Of a DNA stretch of 64,000 bases, positions 1 through 21,718 are shown piece by piece. Source of the stretch: Podarcis pityusensis (taxonomy: Eukaryota). The stretch is taken from NCBI GenBank assembly GCA_964106645.2, contig OZ067044.1. One strand, given 5' to 3'. The translations under genes were made by a program, and so were the position numbers. Positions within the stretch are counted from its first letter, which is position 1. Each line of letters starts with the position of its first letter. The notes below the pieces were generated by a model that saw only the letters and a program-made list of their open reading frames with translations, had not been told where the DNA came from and made no database searches.

Positions 1-639
1 GATATCTTAATGTGTTGTGCTATGGAGGCTAAGCAAGCTACACCTGATTCCCTAGATACATGGTGACCTGCTAAATAAAGGCATGAGCAAGTTGAATGTT
101 CAAGGAACTGGCAAGCTTATGAAATGACCTGAAGGTTCTTGATGTCACAGACTCTCTGAAACACTAGGTGGTGGTAGTGCCTAACATTTCTGAAACAAAA
201 ACTGGAGTGCAATGATAAGGAATTCCCTATAAAAATGTGGGAGTTACAAATGCAGAAGGACTCCTGCAAATATAGCAAGCACTGACATGTTTCTAGAAGT
301 TATTAAGGTGGTGATAGTGGGATAATATCCAGAAACAACAGCTTTCGGTCTGTTAAGGTAGGCTACTGGTCTGATCCAGTATATTTTAATTGCTGCAGCA
401 TGAGGAAGCAAGCGAATATATATTATAATTAATTCTAGCAGTCCCCTGTAGGAAAGTATGAGCCTTTCTGACTTTCAGGTTAAACTTAATTGCAAAGTAA
501 ATATACTTAGAATGGCAGCAAAAAACAAAAGGAACTTCAGCTGGGTATTTGAACATAGGAATTTCAGAACCTTTCACAATAGCATGAAAAGAAAGCAATA
601 TAATAAATTGGCATAGAAGTTTCATATAAAATGGCTAGA

Positions 640-746
640 GCAGGCATAGGCAAACTCTGGCCCTCCAGATGTTTGGGACTACAATTCCCATCACCCTTGA
701 CCACTGGTCCTGTTAGCTAGGGATAATGGGAATTGTAGTCCCAAAT
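640..746. mobile_element. Short hAT-type squamate MITE fragment; degraded relatives at ~12412-12520, 15410-15510, 17870-17960, 19370-19485, 26035-26165, 48320-48430
   Basis: caggcataggcaaact...gggactacaattcccatc...gggaattgtagtcccaaa with an internal inverted repeat, recurring in the window. Confidence 0.55.
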
Positions 747-1361
747 TGCTAACAATCTTTAAAATACCTGGATAATTAAAGATTGTTACCAGCAGCTAAA
801 ATAACAATGTTGGTGTCAGGTGAGATTGGGCATTCCATAACTGGGATGCTCCAGTTGAAAAGTCTCTTTTTTGCTGACCACCTGATGGTGTAGGATATCA
901 ACAGATCTTGGAATGCCGGCAGGTTGACATGGGAGTCTGTTTTCTCCAGGTAGCTAGGCCCAAACCATTTGCAGCTTTAAAAGTAAGCATCCAGCTCTTT
1001 GAATTGGACTTGGAAGTGAATGCTGCCAGATATTCTGCACTAATTGAAGCTTCTAAACCATCTTCAAAAGCATCTCCAAGTATAATGTCACTGCCATCAG
1101 CCATGCTCTGATAACCTTCCATTTGGCTAACTGGCTAGGCTATCCCTGTCCAGAAGTATTCTGTGCTACCAGTTGGTCTTCAAGCAACAAAGCTGGATCC
1201 AGGAGAATCCTTAAACTCAATTTGCTCTTTCAGGAAAAGTGCAACTTCAGAAAAAGTGCAGAGCATGTGCTGGTGTATGGACAAAAGTGATGATGTGTTT
1301 TCTCCTTTTGTGCATTTTTTTTTGAACTTCTGTCTAAGCTTAATGTGTTTCTTTATTTAAG

Positions 1362-1488
1362 GAGGATACTTCGATATCTGTCACATATGGCACAAGTTAC
1401 GGGACATGTCCTTCTTTACACTGGAACATATGTGCTACAGTTAATGGGTGACTATGAAGAAGATCGGCTTACAAATGGAAAGCGCTAA
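1362..1488 (+). CDS. CIDEA: CIDEA last coding exon (partial gene; upstream exons are outside the window)
   Basis: Acceptor ...tttctttatttaag at 1360-1361, then (R)RILRYLSHMAQVTGHVLLYTGTYVLQLMGDYEEDRLTNGKR*. This resembles the recalled human CIDEA C-terminus (RSLLRFLSYSAQVTGQFLIYLGTYMLRVL). Position upstream of TUBB6 matches known synteny. AATAAA at 1915-1920. Not in the ORF track. Confidence 0.85.
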
Positions 1489-3773
1489 CTAAAACCAGCA
1501 TAAGAGCCTTTTATTGCTGGTTCTGCAGCTGATACTTAAGCATTTTTAACTTAAATATATTATAACTTAACACACTAAATGGTCTAGCAGCACTTTAATG
1601 ACCAAAAGTTTAACTAAAGTAGCTTTTTTCATGTACAGGTTTTTCATTAAGATAATGATGTCATAAGTGTAAAATATGATTGGAATCTTTTTAATGCAGT
1701 GGAAGGAGAAGTTTTTCATAGAAATTACTGTGCCATAAACTTCAAAAATGAAGAGTTGTGTGAATGGGAAGCAGGCATTTAGTGACTTATCAACTGAGAT
1801 GTGTCTGTTAATTAGCATATGAACAGCCATGTAGCAAATTCTGATTGGAGGTGGTGACTGTTTGTAGAAGTTTAATACTAATCTTGCCTACCACTTAAAA
1901 CTGTTTTTCTTATAAATAAATTTCCAAGCTTCAGTATTTCAAAACTACATTGTTGTGCCATTTCTCAATACCATCTATCGCTGCCACTGCCGCAACTAAA
2001 CATGTCTCTCCTGTATCGGTGTCTTGCAGCCACAACAGGTGCTGTAACCTTCCAATAGTTTTGACTTCACCGCCAAAGGCTCACTCCTCCATTGTCTTCT
2101 GAGACAGACTGATGTCAACACAACACACTCACTAAAATCTGAAGCTTTCAGAAATTTCCACACAACCTTACGTTAATAGTTCAAGTGCTTCTCTTGTCAC
2201 CATCATTGTTGGCAAATTTAAAGACTGATCTGCTTTTAACAGGTTAAGCATTGTTTGGGATTTAGTTCAATACTGAGATTTTAATTACTACTACTTTCTT
2301 CTTTGAACTGCTTTTCCAGATATGAAGTCAAATCTGTATACGGGGAATGAGGAATTTTACAGCTGGAAGAAAGCACCAGATGCCTTCTTCCTCTATTCAA
2401 TCAGACAGGGGAAATAAAGAGCATCAAAATAAAACAGTGGTTTAGGGAGGCATTGACTTTAGCGGAGGTCAGCTGCTATTATTCTTGCTGCATCCCCATC
2501 TTGGACCTCTCTCACACCTTGCACCAAGGAAAAATATGATGATTGCTATGTTAACAGATGTAGAAATGAATCTTATTATGTCGCCATGGCACTGGGAGAC
2601 AAATATTTATGGCTGCTGTTGGACAATATTTCCTGGATTATGAAACCTGGGGTGTCACTATTATAAAGACATTTGGTAGTAGTTAATATTAACTGTGTTT
2701 GTATACTATCTTTCCAAAGGAACTGGCTTGGTGCACAACATGATTTTTTAAAAATACAACCAGCTAGACACAATACATGTTTTAGTTATGATTTTGTGCC
2801 ACACCTATCCATGGAACTCAATTTTCCATCAAGGCTCTGCCCAGGTATGGACCTACTTAGTTTCAGCAAGACTGTTTCACCATGTACATTCAGACCATGT
2901 TTTGGAGCCAAGCAAGACTTGCTATTGTTCCACCGAAAGGTAAACAGGCTTAAATTCCTAAGGCTAAATCCAGGCCCACTGAGTACAACTGCCCTGCCCA
3001 CCCCACCCCTTGTTTCTTCCACATTCTTTTTTCAATTTAGATGAAGAATAATTGTGTGTAGAAAGTCCATTTTGTGGGTTGCAGGTGAAGCCTGATTCAC
3101 CATCCTTGCCCATGCTGGTGTTCCATTCACAAATCTAGTTGTTGACCCAGGGTGTATTAGTAACTGAATAAACAGTTTTCCTGCCTCATCAAGTGCAGCA
3201 TTTTTATAAAACTAGTGTTTATCATTGTCTGATGGGGTGGGTCAACTTCAGCCTTGGCAGAAAGAACCATTTTGATTTTTGCTAGAACCTGGAGCTCTAC
3301 CAACCAGGTACAAAATGGCGGTACCAGAAGCTTCCACAACAGGGTGGCCCAACTTTTCATATCAAGTGGGCCACTAAAGTATTTCAACACAGAACCTGTG
3401 GGCCACACACTGCCTTGTCCAGCAGAGGATGGGAGCGAGAACAAAACTTAAAGCCCTCTCCCTCATGCTGCTTTTCCAAAGCCATATAAGTGATGTATCA
3501 GGCTTTGGGAAAGAGGTGCAAGGCTCTGGAAGGGTCCTACAGCCCTCCCAGCTTCATCCCAAAACTGGGAAAGCACGAACTAGGATTTGAGAAGGAGGAG
3601 AGGACTCTAGGACACTGAGAGGCTTACCCAGAGGGCCTTACGAGCCGTATGTGTGTTGGACCTGTTCTACAGGTCTGGAATTGAGTACAAGGCTGTGTTG
3701 AGCACATGCTTATCCCAACATGCTTCTCAGGGCTAGATTTCACTGTCATTTGTAGTTTTTCAGGCATCCTTTA

Positions 3774-3913
3774 CAGTGGTACCTCGGGTTACAGACGCTT
3801 CAGGTTACAGACGGGAGGCCCCATTAGCTAAAGTGGTGCTTCAGGTTAAGAACAGTTTCAGGTTAAGAACGGGCATCCAGAACAAATTAAGTTCTTAACC
3901 CGAGGTACCACTG
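3774..3913 (+). mobile_element. Tc1/mariner (Tigger/pogo-like) MITE family A, internally deleted copy
   Basis: TIR CAGTGGTACCTCGGGTTA...TAACCCGAGGTACCACTG flanked by TA. Confidence 0.85.
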
Positions 3914-3924
3914 TATTTCAGAAA

Positions 3925-4248
3925 GGGACGGGTGACGCTGTGGTCTAAACCACTGAGCCTAGGGCTTGCCAACGGGGTGAGCTCCCTTTGCTCGGCCCCA
4001 GCTCCTGTCAACCTAGCAGTTCGAAAGCACACCAAAAATGCAAGTAGATAAATAGGTACCGCTCCGGCGGGAAGGTAAACAATGTTTCTGTGTGCTGCCA
4101 GAAGTGGCTCAGTCATGCTGGCCACATGACCCGGAAAAACTGTCTGCAAACAAACGCCAGCTCCCTCGGCCTGTAAAGCGAGATGAGCGCTACAACCCCA
4201 TAGTTGTCTGAGATTGGACTTAACTGTCAGGGGTCCTTTACCTTTTTT
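3925..4248 (+). mobile_element. Sauria SINE (copy lacking the B-box segment)
   Basis: tRNA-like head, core ctagcagttcgaaagca...aagtagataaataggtacc and cctttacctttt tail. Matches the copy at 30899-31245. Confidence 0.85.
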
Positions 4249-6409
4249 TATTTCAGAAACCTAATTTGAGCTCCAGGGGAGCATATTTGTTGGTTTTAGA
4301 TCTAAAAGAGCTAAATTTGGGGGCTTTTAGTAGTTGGTGGCTACTTTCTACTATTTACTTTATGTGCGGCTTTAAAAAAGAAGAAATGAACCACAACAAA
4401 AGGAAAGAATTGCATAAGAATTATATGTGCTCATGGGGGGTGGGGATCGGTATGATTGTAGTAGAGCGACAGCAAGCGCTATGTGATTGGATGTGTCCAT
4501 GAGCAGAATGGGGAAGGAGGCACTTTTTCCAATTGCCTCTCCTCTCTTCCACCCCCAAATCTGTTCTAGAAGAACCTCCAACTTTCTACTGCAGATTTGG
4601 CAGCAGGTGGTGGGGTGGGGAGGGAGAATAACTGAAATTACCTCACTCCTTGTTCTGTTTATGGATTAGGAACACCACACAATATATCTCACCATATTGG
4701 AGAAGATTGTGACTGTGTGCTGCCTGTTTATAGGCATCTTCAAAACTCTTGCTCCCCTTTCTATGGCTCTTTATCTTTAAGCTGGACATCCTTTAGCAAG
4801 ACTGATTGGATTAAAAAAGAAATGGAGTGTATGCAAACTGCATGGACTATAAAAAGGGGAGTTGGGAGGTGTCAATACCTGATATAGTTGGCAGCCTGTG
4901 TTTAAACTGGTGGATCACAATTTGTGTAGACATGTAGCATCTCTGAAATCACAGCATGTTTAAATCATGGTTCTAATGCTGTTTGTATTGAAATGAATCA
5001 TATAGTAAAGGATTATCCTGCCCTGCTGCATATAGTGCTCTGTTTAGATGCAAAAACATTGCTTTTTAAGAACATGACTGCATTTATCAATTATGTTTAT
5101 ATCCAGCCTTTCTTCCACAGAACTCAAGAGTTGGGGTCCCAGGTGGTCTCCCACCTGGGCTGGCACTGCTGAAGCTCAGACCTGCCATTAAATGCCTTCC
5201 AATGTGTCCTGTGACCACAAACATGTCTGCATGTGAAGTATAGCATTTTGCTGCAAGCGTGTGCACTGTCATCATGTATATGAAGCAGCAGCACACATAT
5301 TTATCCAGTCTTCATGTGGAATTGAAGACATCCTATTTCACCACAGAAAAATGTGTGAATCTGCTGTTTAATTAAATCACAACACATGCTTTTGTCTAAA
5401 CAGGAAAAAATCCTTCTTTACACATTCTGGGACTCCAGTCTTCCTGAGGAAGTTCAGTAGGGCAGGAGAAAAGAATGTCATTTCTGCCTACTGGATTTTG
5501 TTCCAATAATCTATTAGTGTTTCTTTAAAAACTTGAAGTCGAAGCAGAAAGCTTCAGGTTTTAATCAATTCATGGTGGAAACTAGTGCTTCCTTGCATTC
5601 ACAACAGTGGTATTTCTTGTGTGACTGCATTACTTACTGCCAATCTAATGTTAATGAAACAGTGTGACTGTCTAGCTTCCAAAAAAGGAATTCTGTCTCA
5701 AGTACTCACTCCTGTTTGACTCAGACACTGCTCATATTCTGTATGCATAGTTACTCTACTTCCTGATTTGATTTCCCCACTGACTTTTTTCCTCTTGGGG
5801 AAACAATGTTTATAGTCCAATATTTATAAGGGCCTTTCTTTGCCTCAGCTATATAGCTGTGACTCTCAGTGCTAACAATTCAGTTTTACAAAGTGATGGG
5901 GCCAGACTAGAATTATTATTCAGAGGTCCCACACAGGCTTATTCTGTTTTCAGGTCTCTTCATTCCATGTCCTTTCTCAGTAAAATCACATAGACTACAG
6001 GTGGGGCATGGGTTTCTTCAACATTTTAAAGTAGACAAACATGTACAGATTGAGGCCTAGCAGGCAAAATTCTAATCACATGTGTTTCAATGCCAGGGAA
6101 CCAAGTTCGCCTGTGAGTTTGTTTCCAGTGTGTCTCATTCTCATGGTTTTTTGCAGAGGAGAAAAATGTTTGAGATTAGAGAGAGGGCTCAGAGAAAGGC
6201 AGGCAAATGCAGGAGCTTGGGAAGCTAACAATGGAATACAGCAGCTAGCACATCATCAGGTGCAAGAGAGTTGGGTAATTAAATGCCATATAAACTTTTC
6301 AAAATAATTTTGGACTATTTGACCTCACTCACTTGTGTGCTTGAAACTGATTTGGGCAGTGTAATCCTCTCCATGCCTACTCAGAAAGAGAAAAACAACT
6401 ACCAATTTT

Positions 6410-6572
6410 TTAGAAGACATCTGAAGGCAGCCCTGTTTAGTGAAGCTTTTAATGTTTAATAGGTTATTGTACTTTAGTGTTTTGTTGGAAGCCACCCAGA
6501 GTGGCTGGGGAAACCTAGCCAGAAGGGCAGGGTATAAATAATAAATTAGTAGTAGTAGTAGTAGTAGTAGTA
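6410..6572 (+). mobile_element. L2-clade LINE 3' end with (TAG)n tail
   Basis: gccacccagagtggctgggg...ggtataaataataaatt followed by (agt)n. Same family as 22832-23295. Confidence 0.65.
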
Positions 6573-6677
6573 AGCCTCCTCAACTTCAGGGGTCTCACTC
6601 ATGGATAAGTGTGTGTATTAGGATAGGACTTGACCTTGGCAAACCTATTCTGTACTGGAGAAGCTCTCTCTAAGACT

Positions 6678-6678
<1 letters not shown>

Positions 6679-6713
<35 letters not shown>
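6679..6713. repeat. (CA)n microsatellite
   Basis: About 17 CA units. Confidence 0.95.
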
Positions 6714-6716
<3 letters not shown>

Positions 6717-8759
6717 TACTTATGTACGCTGCTCTGCACTCTTTAAAGGAAGATAAAAGTGACAGATAAAAATGAGTCACACTACTAGTCCTAAGCCAAG
6801 TTGTCACTGAGGGGATAAACCTGCATCAGGACGGTACCACTTTAGAGTGCAGGTAAGGGCTCACATGGATGCTCCTCACACATTCTCTGCACATGAAAGA
6901 TGAACATGTCAGGAATAACATTAAGTTACAAACCTTCTCCCCAATATCCTTCTTTTCTACATGAAGAGAATGTTTTGCATGGAGGGACTCATGTGAGTCC
7001 CCATGTGTATTCAGCTTGACCACTTCAGTGAGAATAAAGTGGCTACAAGCTTTAGTTTCAGCTTCAGTTTCACAGTAACTGCTAATCTTGTAGTTTTATG
7101 GTGAGACTTAGCAAAGGTCTCTGTAGTTCTTTTAAATAATGCAGATGAAAGATGCTATGGAAGTAAAAGCTAACTGCTTGTCTTTTGGCGAGGGCAAATA
7201 ATTGGTCTCTTGTTAACAGTGGAAGGAATCTCAAGCATGCATTAGATCTTCAGTTGTTGTACACATTGAGATCTTGCATTTAACTATTTCTGCTAAATAT
7301 ACCGTCTCTATCCCCCTTAACTCTTCAAATTATATGTTTGGTGTTATTGAAATATTGGCATATAATTATTATTAATTAAATGTATCTGCTGCTTTTTGAA
7401 AGAGTCTCAAAGCAACTTCCAAGAATTGAAAAGATCAATGGAAACATGTATAATGCTAAAAGTGTTCATCCAGCAACAACAACACAAGTAATAATTAGGT
7501 TGCTAGGTAGAATGCTGAAAGCCATGGTAGCCTTCTTTGAAATACTACCAGTTCCACATTCAGGAGCAACTAGACAGCTTTGTAGTTTCAGTGTGTGAAT
7601 GTTTGGATAAGGCAATGGTGTTGAGAGGAGGCGTTTGGATTGGTTAGGCACTGGGGAACATTTTGAGACAAGTCAGGGCTGTACAAATGGAGTGGGCGCT
7701 ACTTGAACTGGGGTGGAACCAGTCTATTGGTGCTTAAAACTAAAAGGGTAGCAGAGCAACTTTTGAACTGATTGGGGGGGGGGAGGAGCAGAGGAGGGTC
7801 CACTTTGGATACATTTTCCCACTGGGATGAAGGTGATTAGACCCAAAGTTCATCCATCACGTGAAATAGGCACACTTCTATCATTTGGGCTGCTGGAAAC
7901 GAAATTGCTCGTTTGCACTCTGGTGAAGAGGAAATGAGTGTGGTGATAGATATCACCCATGAAACATCACCACAACCATGACAATCGAGCCCACCCCAAA
8001 ATGTGCTTCCACATCAGCCATGGCAGTGGAGGTATAGCATGTTATTTTTACTTACCAAGTTTTCTGAATTAAGGAGAAATCTGGATTACATGTCAACAAA
8101 GTAGACTGGCATTTTGATGACAACTACATCATATGGACTCTGTGAAAAACATGATAAACTCCTGTCTGAAAGCACCCTTTCTTACCTATTGATGCATACT
8201 CATGGATATGCTTAGCTGTTAGAACTGCCCAAGAAAACTATTAATAGGATTTTGATTGCTGCTTGCTTGCCTGCTTTTGCAAGCTATAAATTATAGTACC
8301 GTACTTTAAAATTCCTTCATTCAGCCTTAACACCTGCTTTGGGAACCTCAAAGCTGACAGACTCTTTTATCCAATAAAAAGTGGCACTTTTAGCCACCTT
8401 GTGCTTCTCAACTGCTTTATTGGCATCTGCTTAGCTTTACATGCTAAAAAATGTGTTTCTTGATGGTTGTGGCAAGGCAGTTTAGTTGGCCACGTTGCTA
8501 GTTAAGTTAGTTTCGTTTGCACATAGTTCTTTCTTTCTTTCTTCCTCCCTCCCTCGCTCATTGCACATTGGGTATGTTTGCAACTGTGAAAAATTACACC
8601 TTTCATCATGGTGCAAAACTAATTAGAGAGACCATTTGTTGATAGTTGTGTTGAATAAAGGGTGCAGAAATGTTTCGTCCTTGACTGTAAATGAGAGTTT
8701 CTGTGTCTCTGATGTTTGTGCCATGTTGCAACATTTCATGGGGGTGGGTGAGGAATTGG

Positions 8760-9340
8760 AGATGTCATAGTTCACTGAGGTTTGGGCAGCCTCTGCGGCT
8801 AGGAGTGCGCTTCTACAGCTACAGCTGGTATGCCAACTACAGCCATTCTTGGAGTGGGACAGCCTGGCCACGTTGATTCATGCACTGGTAACCTCTAGAC
8901 TGGACTATTGCAATGTTCTGTGTAAGAGGCAACCTTTGTGCCTGGTTCAGAAGCTCCAGCCGGCGCGAAATACTGCAGCTAGACTGCTGATGGAGACAGA
9001 CTACTGCCAGCACTTAAAACTAGTGGTTAAAAGCTTGCAATGGTTACTCATTTGCTTACAGACTAGGTTCAATGTTCTTGTATTAATTAACAATGCTCTT
9101 ACAACTTGGGTCCATAATAACTTAAGGTACACCTGATTCCTTATAACCCTGCCCCAGATGCTCTGGGCCACTCCCCACAAAATATTAAAAACACAATAAA
9201 ACATGGTTCAGATGCACAGTTTGTAACTTCCAGAAGCCATTCAGTCAGTATTGTGGCTCTAATCCTGTGGAACTCCCTCTCAACTGAGATTAGATAGCAC
9301 CCCCCCTTGCTGAACTTGACAAAGACTTTCCTATTTCAAT
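8760..9340 (+). mobile_element. Degraded L2/CR1-group LINE ORF2 3' fragment
   Basis: LATLIHALVTSRLDYCNVL...KLQPARNTAARLL...SLQWL, typical of the L2 ORF2 C-terminal region. Confidence 0.8.
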
Positions 9341-12300
9341 GGACATTTTATGTACTGTATGTTTCTGTTTCTATGGTGAATTTTTAATTGTTCTTCATAC
9401 TTTTAAGAAACATGTTATGCACACTGCTTAGAAATTTTGAGTGTTAAGCAGAGTAAAAAATCCTGAAATGAGTAACTATTATTTTTATTTACTTAACTTT
9501 TTACTAATATTAACATTTCTGAATGAATCTGCTACCCTTTCTTCCTTGAATAATATCAGATTGTTGATAAATGCATTTTGGATGTCAGCTATACACGAAA
9601 ACATCTATGGAATCAGACCACTGATAAAAAGCACAGTCTCATCCTGGACATTAGTCACCCATAGTTGCATGACAATAACAACAACCCTGGATGGTTATCC
9701 CATTCAAGGAATAGCAGTGTTCCGATGTCTCTAATGTGTAAGCACTGATAAAATACTTCAGAGATGCTGTTAATGAATTCTGGCTGGTGTGAGAATTTGC
9801 TCTGGCTTGCTCTGGCTTTTCATCATTATTCTATATGTTTGTCTCTGGGACCCTTGATACTATGTTGTGATGTCATAGTTTTGCTGTTGATTTTTCACAT
9901 TTGCCTAGCATTTTTCTACCTAATAAGATATGTGAGGAGCAGTCCTTAACAGTTCATCAGGTGCTTCCCAGGAATGAAGTCTTAATTTGCTTCTGCTCCT
10001 AACTGGTTACTGGTACATACCTATATACCCAGGATTGATCTGGCCTCTGAGGAAACTATGTAGGCCCAATTGCTCTGACTGCCTTCTGATCCAAGGATAA
10101 ACTCTGTTTTCAAGTTCACTCACATGGTCAGCTGGTGATGAGACCTGTTGGTTTCCCTACACAACAAAAAAAAAACAACAGTTATATACTAAAAGTTACA
10201 AGCAAACTTTTATTTCAATCCTTTAACAGTGTCAATAGGTGTTTAAAGCCTAACAGATTATTTTGTTTATATTGCAGAAGATCAGAGTTAATTTTTTATT
10301 TTTCATGTTAAATTACATGTGAAGCTGGAGTAAGGGCAGCAGAAGGTTTTGCAGTGCAAACTGCACTTATTTAAATGCTGCCAGCACAGAGATTACAAAA
10401 GTGCCTTTACTCTCGTTTCTCAATGCAATACATTATGTTGAGCAAATGATATGTAATGTAATCCCATGTTTTGCACACACTGTTTAACAAATGGGCCTTG
10501 TGATAGATTGATTTTTTTTCCAACGTGGGCGGCCTGTGGGGTGGGCTCTGGATGAACAGAGGCCATACTGACCTCTTTACATTCTCAGCATTCATATGTT
10601 CTTAAATCATGGGTATGGTAACATAGCTAACAGTTTTAATTTGTGTGTAACAAATGGTTTGCTCGCTGAAGAAAAAGTTTCAAAAATAAATCACATACAT
10701 CTATGTGACAATTTCACTCTGTATGAAGTTTTGCCACACTCTTTGTGTCGTCTGCTGACAGGCCATGTTTATACATGGTCAACACAGAGCAGTCTTGTTT
10801 GAGAGAGGGACTGTGTGGTAGGGGCAGGGTATTACCACTGTGCTTTTACAATACCATATACTTCTTGTTGTTGTTGTAATTGGCTGCTGAAGCTGTGGAG
10901 CTATAGCTTCTGTTGCCATGTTTATCCTTAATCTCATTGGGATTGTCTGGAATTGAACCATTCCCTCTGTGGGTGGAATCTCAGCAAATAAAATGTCAAG
11001 AGGCCTCATACGGTAGTAGTAGGCTGACCTGGGCTGTTCATGGTGCCAGATACATATGAGCTAGTGATTATCAATTAGATCATAGGTCACTAACTTGGTG
11101 CCCATGGACACTATGGTGCCCATGAAGGCTTCCCATGGTGACCTTGGGCAAGAATTTGGCTTTATTATTTTTATTTTTTAAGTAAGTCTCTAAGCCCATT
11201 GAAAGAGAATAATGGGACAAAATATGCAGCTGCCTTCTTAGTGATTTCTGTGCAATGATAGCAGCATGGCTACCTTTTATATATTTCCTCTGTTAGTTGT
11301 GGTGGCCTAGTGGAGATTGCTTAGACCAGTCTCTTTCCCACCATCTAAGTTTCTTTCTTGACAGGCCGTGACAGACTCTGCCAGCTAATATAAATGCTCC
11401 AAAGAAAAACTCTACACAGAATGTTAATATATTTCCTGAAAAGCAGGAAAAGGCTTAACAAAACAGATCTCATGACAAACAAATTGGGGAAGTACTACAG
11501 TAGTGTTTTTCCAGAGCAGTAAGTAGCATTTTCCATTTCTTCTTCTTAATATCATACATAGGCTGCTTGGAATTAGATGACTGTGTCTTGGATACTGAAC
11601 AAATTTACCACTGAACTTTTTTTCTGTACTGTACAAGTGCACCATCAATTTGCCTCCATTTCTTCATTATGTATACCTCAGTCTTCAGTGTTTAAATTAC
11701 TCCTTACAAAGCCTGTAGTGCACATCCTTATGTCTTAAGACTATGAGCTTATTGAAATTAAGGGTGTCAACCAGTATATTTTTCAGTGCTTGTCCTTCCC
11801 TAATCATATGAAGTTTAAAAAAGGCATTCATATTAGAGGAGAGATTTTTGGAGACATCGATTCAAAGTTAAGTTTCATTGACTTAAAAATTCACTTTGAA
11901 ATAGGTAGGATGATTCTCCTCTCTCCCAAATTTGAGTAATCTCTCTGCCAGCCAAATACAAAACTGTTGCTTCCAGCTCTTCTCACAATACTCTCCTAGA
12001 CGAAGCTGTTTTGGGCCCACCCTAGCAGGTGGGCATGACTTAGATTCCAGCTGCTTGGAATAGCCAACTGCCCATTAGTGTCCATTGCACTTAGACCATA
12101 CCAAAGTGTAAAGTAAGGGCCATTTCACATAGCAGCATGACTCATAAAATTTTTTATCATGTGGACACTTGTCTACTAGAAACAGAGTAGCCAGGAGCTA
12201 TTTCTTAGTAACTGAGTTCTAAAATCCCATATCACTGGCTATGTAATTTCTATAGCATTAGTAGCAATAACTCAGGTGGGATGAGGACAAAGATTTACAT

Positions 12301-14218
12301 CCATTAAAAATCACTTATGCCGATAACTCCCTGGTGATTTGGGACATAATGAAATTTGGGCTAAACATGCAAGAGAAAACAAGGTCTTTCTCTTGAGGAT
12401 AGCTTATAAGGGGTAGCCAAATGTTCTTTGACTCCAACTCCCATCAACCCCAGCTAGCATAGAGAACAGCCAAGGGTGAGAGTTCAAAAATATCTGAAGG
12501 CCGGTATTTGGCTACCCACTGCTTTACAGTGGCATCATCCATAAGAGACAACGCTAGAGAGCAATAGTGTTGTTGTGTTTAGAAGAAACAAACATCTAGC
12601 CAGTCCCAGAAACAATTAATGATAAAATATCCCATCTGCCTGATTTTTCTTGATTCTCCTGTTCATTTTCCCACTGCTCTGTCTGTGGACTTTATAAGTC
12701 CCTTATAAAAGTTCTTAGGCCTAGATAGCAGGGTCACACAGGTGAAACCAGCCACCCTCTGTTGGCAACCGCAGAGTTTCTCTCTCCCTCCAGCTCTTCC
12801 TTTGGAAACAATTCCTTTCTGAAGGCTCTCAACCCTCATAGTTGTTGTTCTGCAGCAGCTCCCATACAAAAGGTCCTAGGCCACACAGTGGGGCCACACA
12901 GGTAAAGTCAACTCTAATGGCAACCAGAGTTTCTCTCCCCTCACAGCAAAAGTTTACCAAATTTTGATTGCTTGATTACTCTTCCTTTTCACCTTCAGGA
13001 GCACCAAGGGGCTAATTTAAATTTTAAAATATTAATATAGTAAATACGGTAAATCAAACTAGCTATACATAACACTTTAAAAATTGCTCACAAAAGACAC
13101 ATAGAAACAAGAGCAAGCACCAACTCTATCACAACAGCCTAAATCCAAAAAGTCTACAGTAAGAGTTTTGAATAGATCTGGCACCGAGGGCCAGCTCCTG
13201 GTCTGAGAGCAAAGTGCCCTCTGATAGGCCCTCACCTCTCTTGACAGGCTCTGGGACAATGGGCTGCAGTAACAACAGCAGTGAGTGGCTACGTCTAGCA
13301 GCGGTTTGGATTTCCCACAATGCCCCAGATTGAAGCTACATCAGGAACATAGACAGACATGAAAACTGCAGCTAGACCCAGCCATCTTGTACTGTTTAAT
13401 GCACTGGGTTGGAAAATTAATTTTAAACCGAGGGGCAGTGGGACTTAGGGCAGAGGTCAGCGATGAGCTTTTCCAGGGCACTGAGGCCCAACAGTTGCCT
13501 AAGGGTGCCAGATGCTAACTTTGGTTCTTCCAGCAATGTCCCTTGAGAGACAATTTCATAAACAAGGTGCCCCCACCCAAAATATACCAATATTGCTTAG
13601 AATGGTGGTGGCACCTGAAGAAAGGGAATGGGGTGATGGGAATAGATGCATTACAGATTATTTGGAAGTACTTAATCCAGGTTGAGAGACTTCACAATTG
13701 TCCTTTTTCAGGATTTATACTTGTGACCTTGGATGCTGATTCCTGAATTTATATTCATCTGTTCCTCCTCAGTTTGGATTTTCAGGAACCATCAATGAAG
13801 CCCTGTCAATTATTTGGAGACAGCATGATACAACTAGTGGCCTTTGGCTTGGCATAAGTCTTACAAAAGTTAGAGGATAATAATGCATGAGGCAACTTAA
13901 AAGCACAGAGACTTGCAGTCTGCTCAAAATGTTGAAGTGCTTTGAAAGAATGGAGTGAAATGTCATTCATATATAGACACAGTCCCAGAAAAGGCTGGGC
14001 AGGGGGGCAGAGCCAGTTGCTGCTGCATTTTTTCCCCTTCCTCCTCATTCTTCTGTGAAGTTGCAGAGTGAGCAGAGCAGGGAGGGTGAATCACAGACCG
14101 GGAGCCAATAAAACGTTAACAGAGGCAAGGACATTGTGCATAGCTGAACTCTACACAGCAGCGTCAGGAAGAGAGAAGCAGAAGCAGGAGACTGATCAGG
14201 AGCTTGTAAAATATCAGC

Positions 14219-21414
<7,196 letters not shown>

Positions 21415-21712
21415 AGTCTATCAAATGCTGTTCTAAAAATGATTAAGTCTGAATAGCTAGCTCTAGTTCTAATCTTTTCCAGGATAGTAAAGAATATAAC
21501 AGACTTATTTTTCAGGACTATATTGTTTTCCTCAAACTGTGAATCAGAAAAATCACCTTAGGCTGCAATCTTAAGCACAGTTACTTGAAAGTGAGTGTTG
21601 ATACCAGCAGGACTTGCATCATCAAAGTAAATGTGTTTTGCAGTTAGTGAGGCTTTTGAGTGCTATTCTGTACTAAGTATATAGTATTGAGTTGCTGGGA
21701 ACAAACTCTGTT

Positions 21713-21718
21713 AATAAA
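21713..21718 (+). promoter_or_regulatory. Probable TUBB6 polyadenylation signal
   Basis: AATAAA ~300 nt after the stop codon. Confidence 0.6.
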
